NCBI GenBank assembly: GCA_023386445.1
Contig: JAEWJR010000087.1
Location: forward strand, 1 to 40,000
DNA length: 40,000 bases
Source: Bacillota bacterium
GTDB taxonomy: Bacteria; Bacillota; Clostridia; Acetivibrionales; DSM-1351
Direction: 5' to 3'
The notes below the pieces were generated by a model, which saw only the letters and a program-made list of their open reading frames with translations, ran no database searches and was not told where the DNA came from. Within the stretch, counting starts at the first letter, position 1. The number at the start of each line of letters is the position of its first letter. Below, one piece after another: positions 15,985-23,742 of this stretch. A program made the translations under genes and the position numbers.

Positions 15985-16452
15985 ATGGAAAAGATTAATA
16001 CTTTTAAGGCTTCAACTGTTGCGTTATCAGCAAGTGTGTCAGCCGTGTTAGGGTGGTTCGGCTGGTTGGTCATAGCTTTTGTAGCATGCATGTCTGTGGA
16101 TTGGATTACCGGATCTATGGCTGCTTGGAAAAGAGGAGAGTGGGAAAGCAGGATTGCACGTGAAGGTATATGGCATAAAACAGGCAGTATTATAGCTGTT
16201 TTGGTAACATTAATACTTGATGCGGTTATTGGCAATGTAATAAATAATATTCCAAGTGTCTCACTGCCGTTTACCTACACAGTTCTTTTAAGTCCGGTAG
16301 TTATAGTATGGTACATACTCACCGAGCTTGGCAGTATAATTGAAAATGCGGGCAGGATGGGAGCTCCTGTACCTGGTTTCTTACAGAAGGCTATTGCACT
16401 TTTAAAGGAGAGTATTGATGCAGCAGGAGAGAAGACTACAGAAAATAAATAA
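15985..16452 (+). CDS. phage holin (holin_4_1 / toxin-secretion-lysis holin family)
   Basis: ORF 15958..16452 trimmed to ATG 15985, with a GGAGG RBS, right after the amidase stop. It has several TM helices and the motif DWITGSMAAWKRGEWESR. Confidence 0.85.
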   Translation: MEKINTFKASTVALSASVSAVLGWFGWLVIAFVACMSVDWITGSMAAWKRGEWESRIAREGIWHKTGSIIAVLVTLILDAVIGNVINNIPSVSLPFTYTVLLSPVVIVWYILTELGSIIENAGRMGAPVPGFLQKAIALLKESIDAAGEKTTENK

Positions 16453-16580
16453 TAGACAAGCCTTTATCTTTTTGGGATGAATAAGCTTGGCCGATGCATT
16501 AAATATAAAATTTTATTTGAACTATATATGATTTTTAAAAATAAATTATAATTGATTTAATTAATTCGGAGGTTTTAACA

Positions 16581-17030
16581 GTGAAAGAGGAAAAATCACT
16601 AATATTAGGGATAATCGGGGTAGTTTCAACAATTGTATCTGAAATAATAACATGGATAGGAAGAATTACCGGATTGGCAAATTATAGCGATTATGAGCTG
16701 AGCAGCCTTGTTATAACAGGAAACAGACCTTCAGCGCCTATAGGTTTTGTTGTTGAGAGTTCAATCGGTGTGATAATATCAGCTGTACTTTATAGATTGG
16801 TTAAGGAAACCGGAGAGAAATACATTTTATTAAAATCTGTAATCACCGGCATTATAGCTTGGATTATCATCGAGATATTAATTACCGCAATAATAGAGGG
16901 AAAAACGGTACCCTATAGGGAAGTAAGCAGTTATTATACTCACTTGATCGGGGCTATTGGATTTGGTATAACACAAGGCTTGTTATTTAAAAGATATATA
17001 TTAAAGAAAGTTAATGTAATAGACCGATAA
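16581..17030 (+). CDS. membrane protein (about 4 TM), unknown function
   Basis: 149-aa ORF with a GTG start and GGAGG 7 nt upstream. Hydrophobic helices run throughout. It is the last co-oriented gene after the lysis cassette. Confidence 0.6.
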   Translation: MKEEKSLILGIIGVVSTIVSEIITWIGRITGLANYSDYELSSLVITGNRPSAPIGFVVESSIGVIISAVLYRLVKETGEKYILLKSVITGIIAWIIIEILITAIIEGKTVPYREVSSYYTHLIGAIGFGITQGLLFKRYILKKVNVIDR

Positions 17031-17471
17031 ATTTATTATAGGCCTTTAGTATCAAATGCTGAAATTTGAGCAAAAAGCATTGTAATTCTATGGGCATGAT
17101 GATTTTGGGTAAATACAAATTATGGGGGTTAAACTATATCATATGTCCAAATTCAATATTGATAATCCTGCCTTCTACGCCATTACTGGTAACAGGCTGG
17201 ATATGTTGTGTTATGGGTAGATGGTTAGGTATAGTCATTGCATATATTATTATTTTCATAAAAAGAAACAGGGTAAATCAATACATAATAAATTTCCCTT
17301 AAAAACACCGCTCATGGTACCTCCTTATCCAGCCTGAGTCCGTTAAACCCAAAGGCTTATGGGGAAAGAATAAGCGTCGAAATGGTGAAAAAAGATTTTT
17401 TTATCCATGCTCTCTAATTGGAATATTTTTTACTATTTTTGGTAAACTATAACCGTTGGGAGGTGTTACGC

Positions 17472-18473
17472 GTGAATATGGGCTTTGATGAGGTGTATTA
17501 TGAGCCGGGTGTGCTTGATTATAAGCTGGGGCAGATGCTGCAGCGCAAATACGCAAGCCTGCCTTGGAGACAGATAGAAAATCACAACCGCATAACGGAA
17601 ATGACAGCGGCGGACAACGAAGATTTTCCAAAACTAAAAAAACATCTGATCATCGGAATCAGAAAGACACACCGATATGTGCCGAATAATAAGGTTTCCG
17701 ACTGGCTAGTGCCCTACACATCCTCAGGCTGCAGGGCGATGTGCCTATACTGCTATCTGGTATGCAATTACAATAAATGTGCATATCTGCGCCTGTTTGT
17801 CAACCGCGAGCAAATGCTGGACAGGCTGCTTAAAAAGGACGCTGCAGCTCTCGTACCGCAAACCTTCGAGATTGGCAGCAACAGTGATTTGCTGCTGGAA
17901 AACACAATAACGGATAATCTGCACTTTACAATAGAGCGTTTTGCACGTGAAGGCCGCGGTAGCCTGACGTTTCCGACAAAATTTGATATGGTAACTTCGT
18001 TGCTTAATCTTGACCACCGTGGGAAGACCATATTTCGTATGAGCGTGAATCCCCAGGAAATAATAAGTCGCATAGAGATGGGCACTTCTCCGCTGCCTGC
18101 AAGAATCCGTGCGCTAAACGACATGGCGGAGGCGGGATATCCGGTGGGGCTGTTGATTGCACCCGTGATTCTTCTTCCGAATTGGAAGCGCCTGTACGGG
18201 GAACTGATAGAGCGCCTGGCAGACGAGCTGAGCGACAAGGTTATGCAAACTGGCTTTATAGAAATTATACTAATGACGTACAGCTTCGTACAAAATGCTA
18301 TTAACACAGAGGCTTTCCCAAATGCCGTACAGCTTTTAGACCGGGAAACCATGACCGGACGTGGGCGCGGCAAATACTGCTATCGAAACAATATCCGTGC
18401 AGAGGCCGAGTCCTTTTTACGGGAAAAGCTTTCTCGACAGTTAGGAACTATGTCGATACTGTATATTTCATAA
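17472..18473 (+). CDS. splB: spore photoproduct lyase (radical SAM)
   Basis: ORF 17418..18473 trimmed to GTG 17472, with GGGAGG 8 nt upstream; ATG 17478 is an alternative. It carries the radical-SAM cluster motif CRAMCLYC. The upstream sequence GAATA-17nt-TAAACTA (17421-17449) weakly resembles a sigma-G promoter. Confidence 0.9.
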   Translation: MNMGFDEVYYEPGVLDYKLGQMLQRKYASLPWRQIENHNRITEMTAADNEDFPKLKKHLIIGIRKTHRYVPNNKVSDWLVPYTSSGCRAMCLYCYLVCNYNKCAYLRLFVNREQMLDRLLKKDAAALVPQTFEIGSNSDLLLENTITDNLHFTIERFAREGRGSLTFPTKFDMVTSLLNLDHRGKTIFRMSVNPQEIISRIEMGTSPLPARIRALNDMAEAGYPVGLLIAPVILLPNWKRLYGELIERLADELSDKVMQTGFIEIILMTYSFVQNAINTEAFPNAVQLLDRETMTGRGRGKYCYRNNIRAEAESFLREKLSRQLGTMSILYIS

Positions 18474-18491
18474 CACTTTTCGAAAACCCCC

Positions 18492-19412
18492 TTACTTATC
18501 AGTACAGGTACCAATTAGCTGCTTATATGGAACTCTTGCAGAGGGGACTAACTTGGAGGCAGGTTCTGTATGTGCCGTTTGATCATCAAAGAAAATATTA
18601 GCACCAAAGGCCTTTAATACTTTGCTTTTTTCAATCCCACCTAAGAAAAATGCTTCATCAATACGAACATCCCATGCTCTAAGTGTTCTGACAACACGCT
18701 CGTGGGCAGGCGCATTCCTGGCAGTTACAAGTGCCGTACGAATAGGAGCTAATTCTTTAGGAAAACCTTTTTGAATAATGGAAATAGTTTTCAAGAGTTT
18801 TGCAAAAGGCCCTTCTGGCAACGGATTTTGCGCGTTTATTTTTTCGTGCTCTGCAAATGCCTGCAGCCCTTCAGTTTGAAAAATGCGCTCCGATTCGTCA
18901 GAGAAAATAACTGCATCTCCGTCAAAAGCTATTCTAATCTGTTGCACATCATCCTCTGGGTTGATGGGCCATTCTGAATGTGAGCAGATAATACCAGCCG
19001 CGACATTGGCGTTAATTGCCTCTTGTACGTCCGATTCATTTGCGGATAAGAATAAATCTGTTTTGAAAGCATCCAAGTACGGTGAGATTGATTCACCCCC
19101 TACAAGAGCAGCTCTGCTAATATCAAGTCCATAGTGCTCTATAGATTTGAAAATTCGCAAACTTGTGTCCGCACTGTTTTTAGACATAACAATTATTTCT
19201 GTAAGATGTTGACCATCTGTATTGAGTCGATGAAGTGCTTTTATAAGAGGAAATGCTGTACCTGGCATTAAAACATCATTTTCATGTTCAATCTGATATT
19301 CAGAGTATGCTTTTAGACCTTCCTGTTCATATATTATATTCTCTCTTTCCAAATCGAATAAGGCACGAGAGGAGATTCCCACTACCAATTTATTATCTAA
19401 AGCAAGTGCCAT
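18492..19412 (-). CDS. 5'-nucleotidase family protein (PF06189-like, HAD-type)
   Basis: 306-aa ORF. The blocks IAFDGDAVIFSDESERIF, IRTALVTARNAPAHERVVRTLRAWDVRIDEAFFLGG and IFFDDQ match my recollection of the PF06189 family. Confidence 0.7.
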   Translation of the reverse strand: MALALDNKLVVGISSRALFDLERENIIYEQEGLKAYSEYQIEHENDVLMPGTAFPLIKALHRLNTDGQHLTEIIVMSKNSADTSLRIFKSIEHYGLDISRAALVGGESISPYLDAFKTDLFLSANESDVQEAINANVAAGIICSHSEWPINPEDDVQQIRIAFDGDAVIFSDESERIFQTEGLQAFAEHEKINAQNPLPEGPFAKLLKTISIIQKGFPKELAPIRTALVTARNAPAHERVVRTLRAWDVRIDEAFFLGGIEKSKVLKAFGANIFFDDQTAHTEPASKLVPSARVPYKQLIGTCTDK

Positions 19413-19501
19413 ATTTACAACCTTCTCTCCATCAACTAAATTTACTATTAGTGCTATAATACGAACCTTTATGAGGTTTTTACAAGTCTTTCATTTATCT
19501 G

Positions 19502-19530
19502 ATTATACCAAATATCGCTGATACCATCAA
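19502..19530 (-). promoter_or_regulatory. sigma-A promoter for the 5'-nucleotidase gene
   Basis: On the minus strand: TTGATG (19530-19525), a 17-nt spacer ending in TGG, TATAAT (19507-19502). Confidence 0.45.
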
Positions 19531-19544
19531 TGGAACTAGGTTAG

Positions 19545-19724
19545 GATGATGGTGAGTGGAGTTCTAAAAGGGGAAGAGAAGGAAGTTGGAATAAAGCCGG
19601 AGGCATAGTTGTTTTAGTCGCTTCGGTGCTGGATGGTGTGGTCGGAAGTATGGTCAATAAGGCTATTGCACTATTCAAGGGTGCCGTTGAAATCGCTGCA
19701 ATCTGCTTGGATAATTTGCATTAG
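19545..19724 (+). pseudogene. holin remnant (N-terminally truncated, internally deleted paralogue of 15985..16452)
   Basis: The open frame translates as DDGEWSSKRGREGSWNKAGGIVVLVASVLDGVVGSMVN-KAIALFKGAVEIAA. This aligns with RGEWESRIAREGIWHKTGSIIAVLVTLILDAVIGNVIN and QKAIALLKESIDAA of the intact holin. There is no start codon or RBS, and about 45 residues are missing in the middle. Confidence 0.65.
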
Positions 19725-19756
19725 CTTAAAAAAAGTGCTTGTAATAATAACATAAA

Positions 19757-19783
19757 GGGCATTCGGATGACATCCAAATGCCC
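19757..19783 (-). terminator. intrinsic terminator downstream of the SH3b gene
   Basis: GGGCATTCGGATG / CATCCAAATGCCC hairpin, followed on the minus strand by a T-rich tract. Confidence 0.55.
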
Positions 19784-19819
19784 CAAAGAACATATTAGTT
19801 TTAATCTGATTGTAAAATA

Positions 19820-20164
19820 CTAGATTGCGTCTCCATATTCGTCTATTAAATAGCCCCTTGCGATATATCCTGTTTTTCCACTATAACTGACTTTATACCA
19901 ATCTGAGAGCACGCTTGTAATTGTAACTTTAGTTCCTTCAGGAATTTTAGCTAATATAGTAGAGCTTGTGCTTTGCGATTCTCTAAGATTAACTCCTACT
20001 CCATCGTGAGTACAAACCCAACCGTAAGTAACTGCCGCTACAACCATACTTTGATCTGAATTTTCGGTGGTTTCCTTTGTTGCTGCACTAGCACCTATCA
20101 CTAACGTAGTACAAACTGAAACTACTAATGCTAACCCTACAAATTTTCTAAATACGTTTTTCAT
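19820..20164 (-). CDS. secreted SH3b-domain protein
   Basis: 114-aa ORF with a strong AAGGAGG RBS and a signal peptide (MKNVFRKFVGLALVVSVCTTLVIGASA). The SH3_3-like sequence is GVNLRESQSTSSTILAKIPEGTKVTITSVLSDWYKVSYSGKTGYIARGYL. Confidence 0.75.
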   Translation of the reverse strand: MKNVFRKFVGLALVVSVCTTLVIGASAATKETTENSDQSMVVAAVTYGWVCTHDGVGVNLRESQSTSSTILAKIPEGTKVTITSVLSDWYKVSYSGKTGYIARGYLIDEYGDAI

Positions 20165-20288
20165 AAAAAACCTCCTTAGTTATTTTATTATAAGTAAATA
20201 GTAACATGAAAAATATAAAAAATATGTAAAATTATGGTTTTTGAGAGATATGTGCCCTAAAATGTGCCCTGGAAGATTAAATAAAAAT

Positions 20289-20318
20289 ACCGCTCACTGT
20301 ATCATACAGTTAAGCGGT
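20289..20318 (-). terminator. intrinsic terminator after tRNA-Arg
   Basis: ACCGCTTAACTGTA / TACAGTGAGCGGT hairpin on the minus strand, followed by ATTTTTAT. Confidence 0.6.
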
Positions 20319-20324
20319 TTTCTC

Positions 20325-20401
20325 TGGTACGCCCGACACGATTCGAACGTGCGACCTGCGGTTTAGGAAACCGACGCTCTATCCTACTGAGCTACGGGCG
20401 C
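20325..20401 (-). tRNA. tRNA-Arg (anticodon CCT), CCA encoded
   Basis: The hand-folded 77-nt cloverleaf reads GCGCCCG-TA-GCTC-AGTAGGATA-GAGC-G-TCGGT-TTCCTAA-ACCGC-AGGTC-GCACG-TTCGAAT-CGTGT-CGGGCGT-A-CCA. The anticodon loop has U33 and A37. Confidence 0.9.
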
Positions 20402-20427
20402 GTATAATAAATTTCCGACGTTTTTAC

Positions 20428-20455
20428 ATTATATCACGAATGGTGAAAAAGTCAA
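20428..20455 (-). promoter_or_regulatory. consensus sigma-A promoter for tRNA-Arg
   Basis: On the minus strand: TTGACT (20455-20450), a 16-nt spacer, TATAAT (20433-20428), about 27 nt upstream of the tRNA 5' end. Confidence 0.6.
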
Positions 20456-20528
20456 CGGGGTAAGGTACAATTAACATTGGAAGTTAGGATAATTCGCGAC
20501 GGATAAAGAGATACCTGCAAGCCCACGC

Positions 20529-20839
20529 TTAACACCAAACCTCACTGTCATAATACTGTTCCTGAAAGTAAATTTGTTTTTCAATTTCATCCTTTGTAAA
20601 CAGCATTTCAGTTGGTGCCACCACCCATTTCTCTTCAATGTCATCATTACGATGAACTATGGCTATTATTTTACCTGTAAACTCTTTAACCGGCTCTGAT
20701 ACACCCAAAATATAGGCATCCTGCTCTTCACCGTCCGGTGCGGGGATACCTTTGATACGGGATAATACAAATTCGGATGTTCAGGATGATATGTTCCCAT
20801 TGCTCTGTCAATTGTTACAGTTACAATATCCCCAAGCAT
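20529..20839 (-). pseudogene. frameshifted small pyrophosphatase-like gene
   Basis: Frame a reads MLGDIVTVTIDRAMGTYHPEHPNLYYPV. A second frame continues protein-like from about 20766: IKGIPAPDGEEQDAYILGVSEPVKEFTGKIIAIVHRNDDIEEKWVVAPTEMLFTKDEIEKQIYFQEQYYDSEVWC-stop. Homologues as I recall them read YYP.NYGYI.G, so a short deletion appears to have removed NYG and shifted the frame. Confidence 0.6.
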
Positions 20840-21175
20840 AATAATCCCTTTCAGAGTTAAAATTTTGTGCAATAACATATCAGGAGAAAGTAAAAATGTA
20901 CAGATATTGCTATATATTCTATCATGTTTTCAGCAATGCACTATACATAACTAATATATAACTAATATATGTACTTACGTAACAAAAACCGTATCTAAAA
21001 CAAATTGCGGAATGGAGAAGGTACCAACATACTTCGGCCTGACTTGTCTTTGAAAAAAGTTGTGGGTGAAGAATGGCAGGAATGCATGTACGATGATGCC
21101 GTGGATAATCTGAGGTTATATTATCTGGGAGCTGACGGAAGCACAGCATCAAGCTTTCCGTTTTGTCATTTATAT

Positions 21176-22327
21176 CTATCTGCCGGTGTACATACTTATG
21201 AGGAAATAGCATAAAGCCGTTAAAGCAAGAATACCTGCAGTCAGCAAGGCTATTTTCCACGGTGATAACGGCGACTTTCCGTCAACCCTGCCGGTTTGTC
21301 CATTGATCATATAACCGTAATTCTTATCCTTGTATTTAAAGGAGGAAAACCACAGCGGCAGCAGAATGTGTTTGTATTTTTTATTGCTGTAGGCTGTTTT
21401 AAACCTTAAATTACTTATTTCATCAGCATTGATCTGTGTCTCTATACCTCTGGCTATAAAGCTGGAGAGCCGTTTCTTCGCTGTTTCCCAGCCGGTTTTA
21501 AGGTCCACCGAATAGCGCTCGGCCTTGAAGCCGGAAAGAAATTCGGGCTTATATGGAGTCAGTTCCTCCATATTGTAGGGAAGGATATGAGAGTACATAT
21601 TATCATCAATATGTACTGAGGAGTCTACTACATAGTTTCTGAAGTCTTCAACATACTGGCCCGATACGGGATACCAGCGGGTACGCATTTCCTGATGAGC
21701 CACCTGTTCGGTCTTACCGTCCCTGACTTCGGTTCTGTATACGGTAACCCAGTAATGTTCTCCGGCCATAGCCGTATAAAAGGAGCTTGTATCGGCATCA
21801 AAGGACCAGCAGGGAACATACATGCCGGTAAGCTGGACATGTTGGCTGTTAACACCCTTTCTGAGCTTTGACGGCGCCAGCCATTTTCCCCTCAGCCACT
21901 TTTTATACAGGCCGACAGCGGCTTCAGAATTTATTTTAAAGGGAATGATGCTCTCGGGCATTATGCCTGTGGTAATTACTTCCTCCTGTATGTTGCTGTT
22001 GCCGCAGAAAGGACACCTGTCAGCCACAATAAAGGCATCAAACACTGTCTCGGCACCGCAGTTTTTACACTTCACGGCGTGGCTTTTTTCACCCCAGACC
22101 TGCGGTTCCAGTTCATGGTCATTGTCAAACCCGTAAGCAGTGGGATGCTGGAGGGTATCCTCCATACTGATTATATGTTTGCAGTATTCACATTTCAGAT
22201 TCTGGGACTCTGGATCAAAAACCATTACCCCTCCGCAGGAGGGACATTTAAAAGAGGTGGCCGATGTTTGGGGCACACCATCCTGATTTATCCGTGAGCC
22301 GGACTTGCCGGTATTTAATTCGCTCAT
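21176..22327 (-). CDS. double zinc-ribbon protein with C-terminal TM anchor (YdjG-like)
   Basis: 383-aa ORF with a GAGG RBS. It has CPSCG...CEYC and CKNCG...CPFCG ribbons and a C-terminal helix, WKIALLTAGILALTALCYFLISMY. It lies downstream of the SPFH gene, as in the B. subtilis ydjGHI region (recalled). Confidence 0.7.
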   Translation of the reverse strand: MSELNTGKSGSRINQDGVPQTSATSFKCPSCGGVMVFDPESQNLKCEYCKHIISMEDTLQHPTAYGFDNDHELEPQVWGEKSHAVKCKNCGAETVFDAFIVADRCPFCGNSNIQEEVITTGIMPESIIPFKINSEAAVGLYKKWLRGKWLAPSKLRKGVNSQHVQLTGMYVPCWSFDADTSSFYTAMAGEHYWVTVYRTEVRDGKTEQVAHQEMRTRWYPVSGQYVEDFRNYVVDSSVHIDDNMYSHILPYNMEELTPYKPEFLSGFKAERYSVDLKTGWETAKKRLSSFIARGIETQINADEISNLRFKTAYSNKKYKHILLPLWFSSFKYKDKNYGYMINGQTGRVDGKSPLSPWKIALLTAGILALTALCYFLISMYTGR

Positions 22328-22372
22328 ATATGTGACCTCGTATTTGTAAAGTCCCGGATGCTGTTATTCCTG

Positions 22373-22420
22373 AAGTCAATTACATTTGGAAGCCTTCGGC
22401 TTTCAAACGTAATTGACTTT
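22373..22420 (-). promoter_or_regulatory. long intercistronic hairpin between the SPFH and zinc-ribbon genes
   Basis: AAGTCAATTAC...GTAATTGACTT forms 11 perfect bp, extended by an inner TTTGGAAGCC/GGCTTTCAAA stem with a TTC loop. There is no U-tract on the minus strand, so it is not a canonical terminator. Confidence 0.5.
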
Positions 22421-22456
22421 GGTAACAGATTTTCTGATACGGGAGGAGCTGTATAT

Positions 22457-23533
22457 CTATTGCTGCTTCTGACCGCATTCGGGACAGAACTTGCTGCCGC
22501 CCGGCAGCTCATTTCCGCAACCTGCGCATTTAATAATGTCTGGTGATACCTTGTTTCCGCACTCTATGCAGAATTTCGCCTGTGCCGCCAGCTGAGCACC
22601 GCAGGCAGAGCATTTTATGGTGCCGGGCTCCTGGGCGGGTGCAGCGGTTTTGGGTTCAGCAGACTTTTGCTGTCCTGCCGAAAAGGCTTCTGCAAATATG
22701 CTGCCCAGACCCATTCCTGCTCCAAGCCCCACTCCTACACCGGCAGCTCCCCCGGAATTTTGGGCGGCATCCCTTATGGATTCCGCAGCCTGATATTTAG
22801 TGTATTGATTCAGACTATCACCTATGATACCCATGGAGGTGCGCTTATCAAGTACTTTTTCTACCTCCTCAGGGAGAGAAATATTTTCAATAACAAGTGA
22901 CGACAGGGTCAGGCCCAGCTCTGCAAAGGCATTATCCAGCTTGTTCCTGGACATTGCTGCTATTTCGTCATATTTTGAAGCCAGGTCCAGGGCCGGAACA
23001 GCCGCCTCTGCCAGAAGATCGGAAATACCTGAAACAATCTTGCTTTTAAGCTGTCCGGTGATCCCTTCGACGGTAAACAAACTTGCAGTTCCAAAAACTT
23101 CTCTCAGGAAAACCGATGGGTCAACTACCTTGAAGGAGTAAGTTCCGAACATTCTTATACGGAGCATTCCGAATTCCGCATCTCTCATCATTACAGGGTT
23201 CGTAGTCCCCCACTTGCAATTTGTATACTGCCTGGTATTAACAAAATATACCTCAGATTTGAAGGGAGAATTAAAACCGTACTTCCAGGACTTAAGTTTG
23301 GTCATTACAGGTAGATTCCTGGTATCGAGAGTATAGCTTCCCGGGGTAAAAACATCCGTAAGCTGACCTTCGTCAACAAAAACTGCCATCTGTGACTCTC
23401 TGACAGTGAGTTGAGCCCCCATTTTAATTTCCTTATTTTCAACAGGGAACCGATATACCATAATATTTGAGCTGTTATCGGTCCATTCTATTACTTCTAT
23501 AAATTGAGACTTGATGAAATCAAATAAACCCAT
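22457..23533 (-). CDS. SPFH/Band-7 domain protein with C-terminal double zinc ribbon (YdjI-like)
   Basis: 358-aa ORF with a GGAGG RBS. The N-terminus MGLFDFIKSQFIEVIEWTD is typical of the YdjI/virion-core-like SPFH family. A Gly/Ala-rich linker precedes CSACG..CIECG..CAGCG..CPECG. Confidence 0.85.
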   Translation of the reverse strand: MGLFDFIKSQFIEVIEWTDNSSNIMVYRFPVENKEIKMGAQLTVRESQMAVFVDEGQLTDVFTPGSYTLDTRNLPVMTKLKSWKYGFNSPFKSEVYFVNTRQYTNCKWGTTNPVMMRDAEFGMLRIRMFGTYSFKVVDPSVFLREVFGTASLFTVEGITGQLKSKIVSGISDLLAEAAVPALDLASKYDEIAAMSRNKLDNAFAELGLTLSSLVIENISLPEEVEKVLDKRTSMGIIGDSLNQYTKYQAAESIRDAAQNSGGAAGVGVGLGAGMGLGSIFAEAFSAGQQKSAEPKTAAPAQEPGTIKCSACGAQLAAQAKFCIECGNKVSPDIIKCAGCGNELPGGSKFCPECGQKQQ

Positions 23534-23742
23534 GGTTACCTCCGGATATCTAATTAATCCAAAATCAGTGTTTCTTTACCCTTATACTTTATCATAAATT
23601 CTTTTATTTGTGATATTTAACGGATAATTTATCGTTTTGCGCCGGTTTTAATTTATGGTTATCCTGGCGATAAATGGTATTTGCCAAAACAAAGGTTTTG
23701 CCACACAGGGAGACAGCTTTATAGTTGAATTTGTTATAGATT

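Noticed and set aside
17066-17302. 78-aa plus-strand ORF after the membrane protein gene
   Set aside because: It has a TTG start without an RBS and a C/W/I-rich translation. It is kept only as part of the undefined right boundary region.
17768-18373. 201-aa minus-strand ORF
   Set aside because: It is antisense to the well-supported splB gene. Its composition is Arg/Ser-rich, typical of an antisense frame.
20922-21260. 112-aa minus-strand ORF downstream of the zinc-ribbon gene
   Set aside because: It overlaps the 3' end of the 21176..22327 gene in another frame. It has no RBS and an implausible composition.
22543-23141. Several plus-strand ORFs (85, 77 and 105 aa) inside the SPFH gene
   Set aside because: They are antisense to a strongly supported gene and are Pro/Arg/Ser-rich shadow frames.
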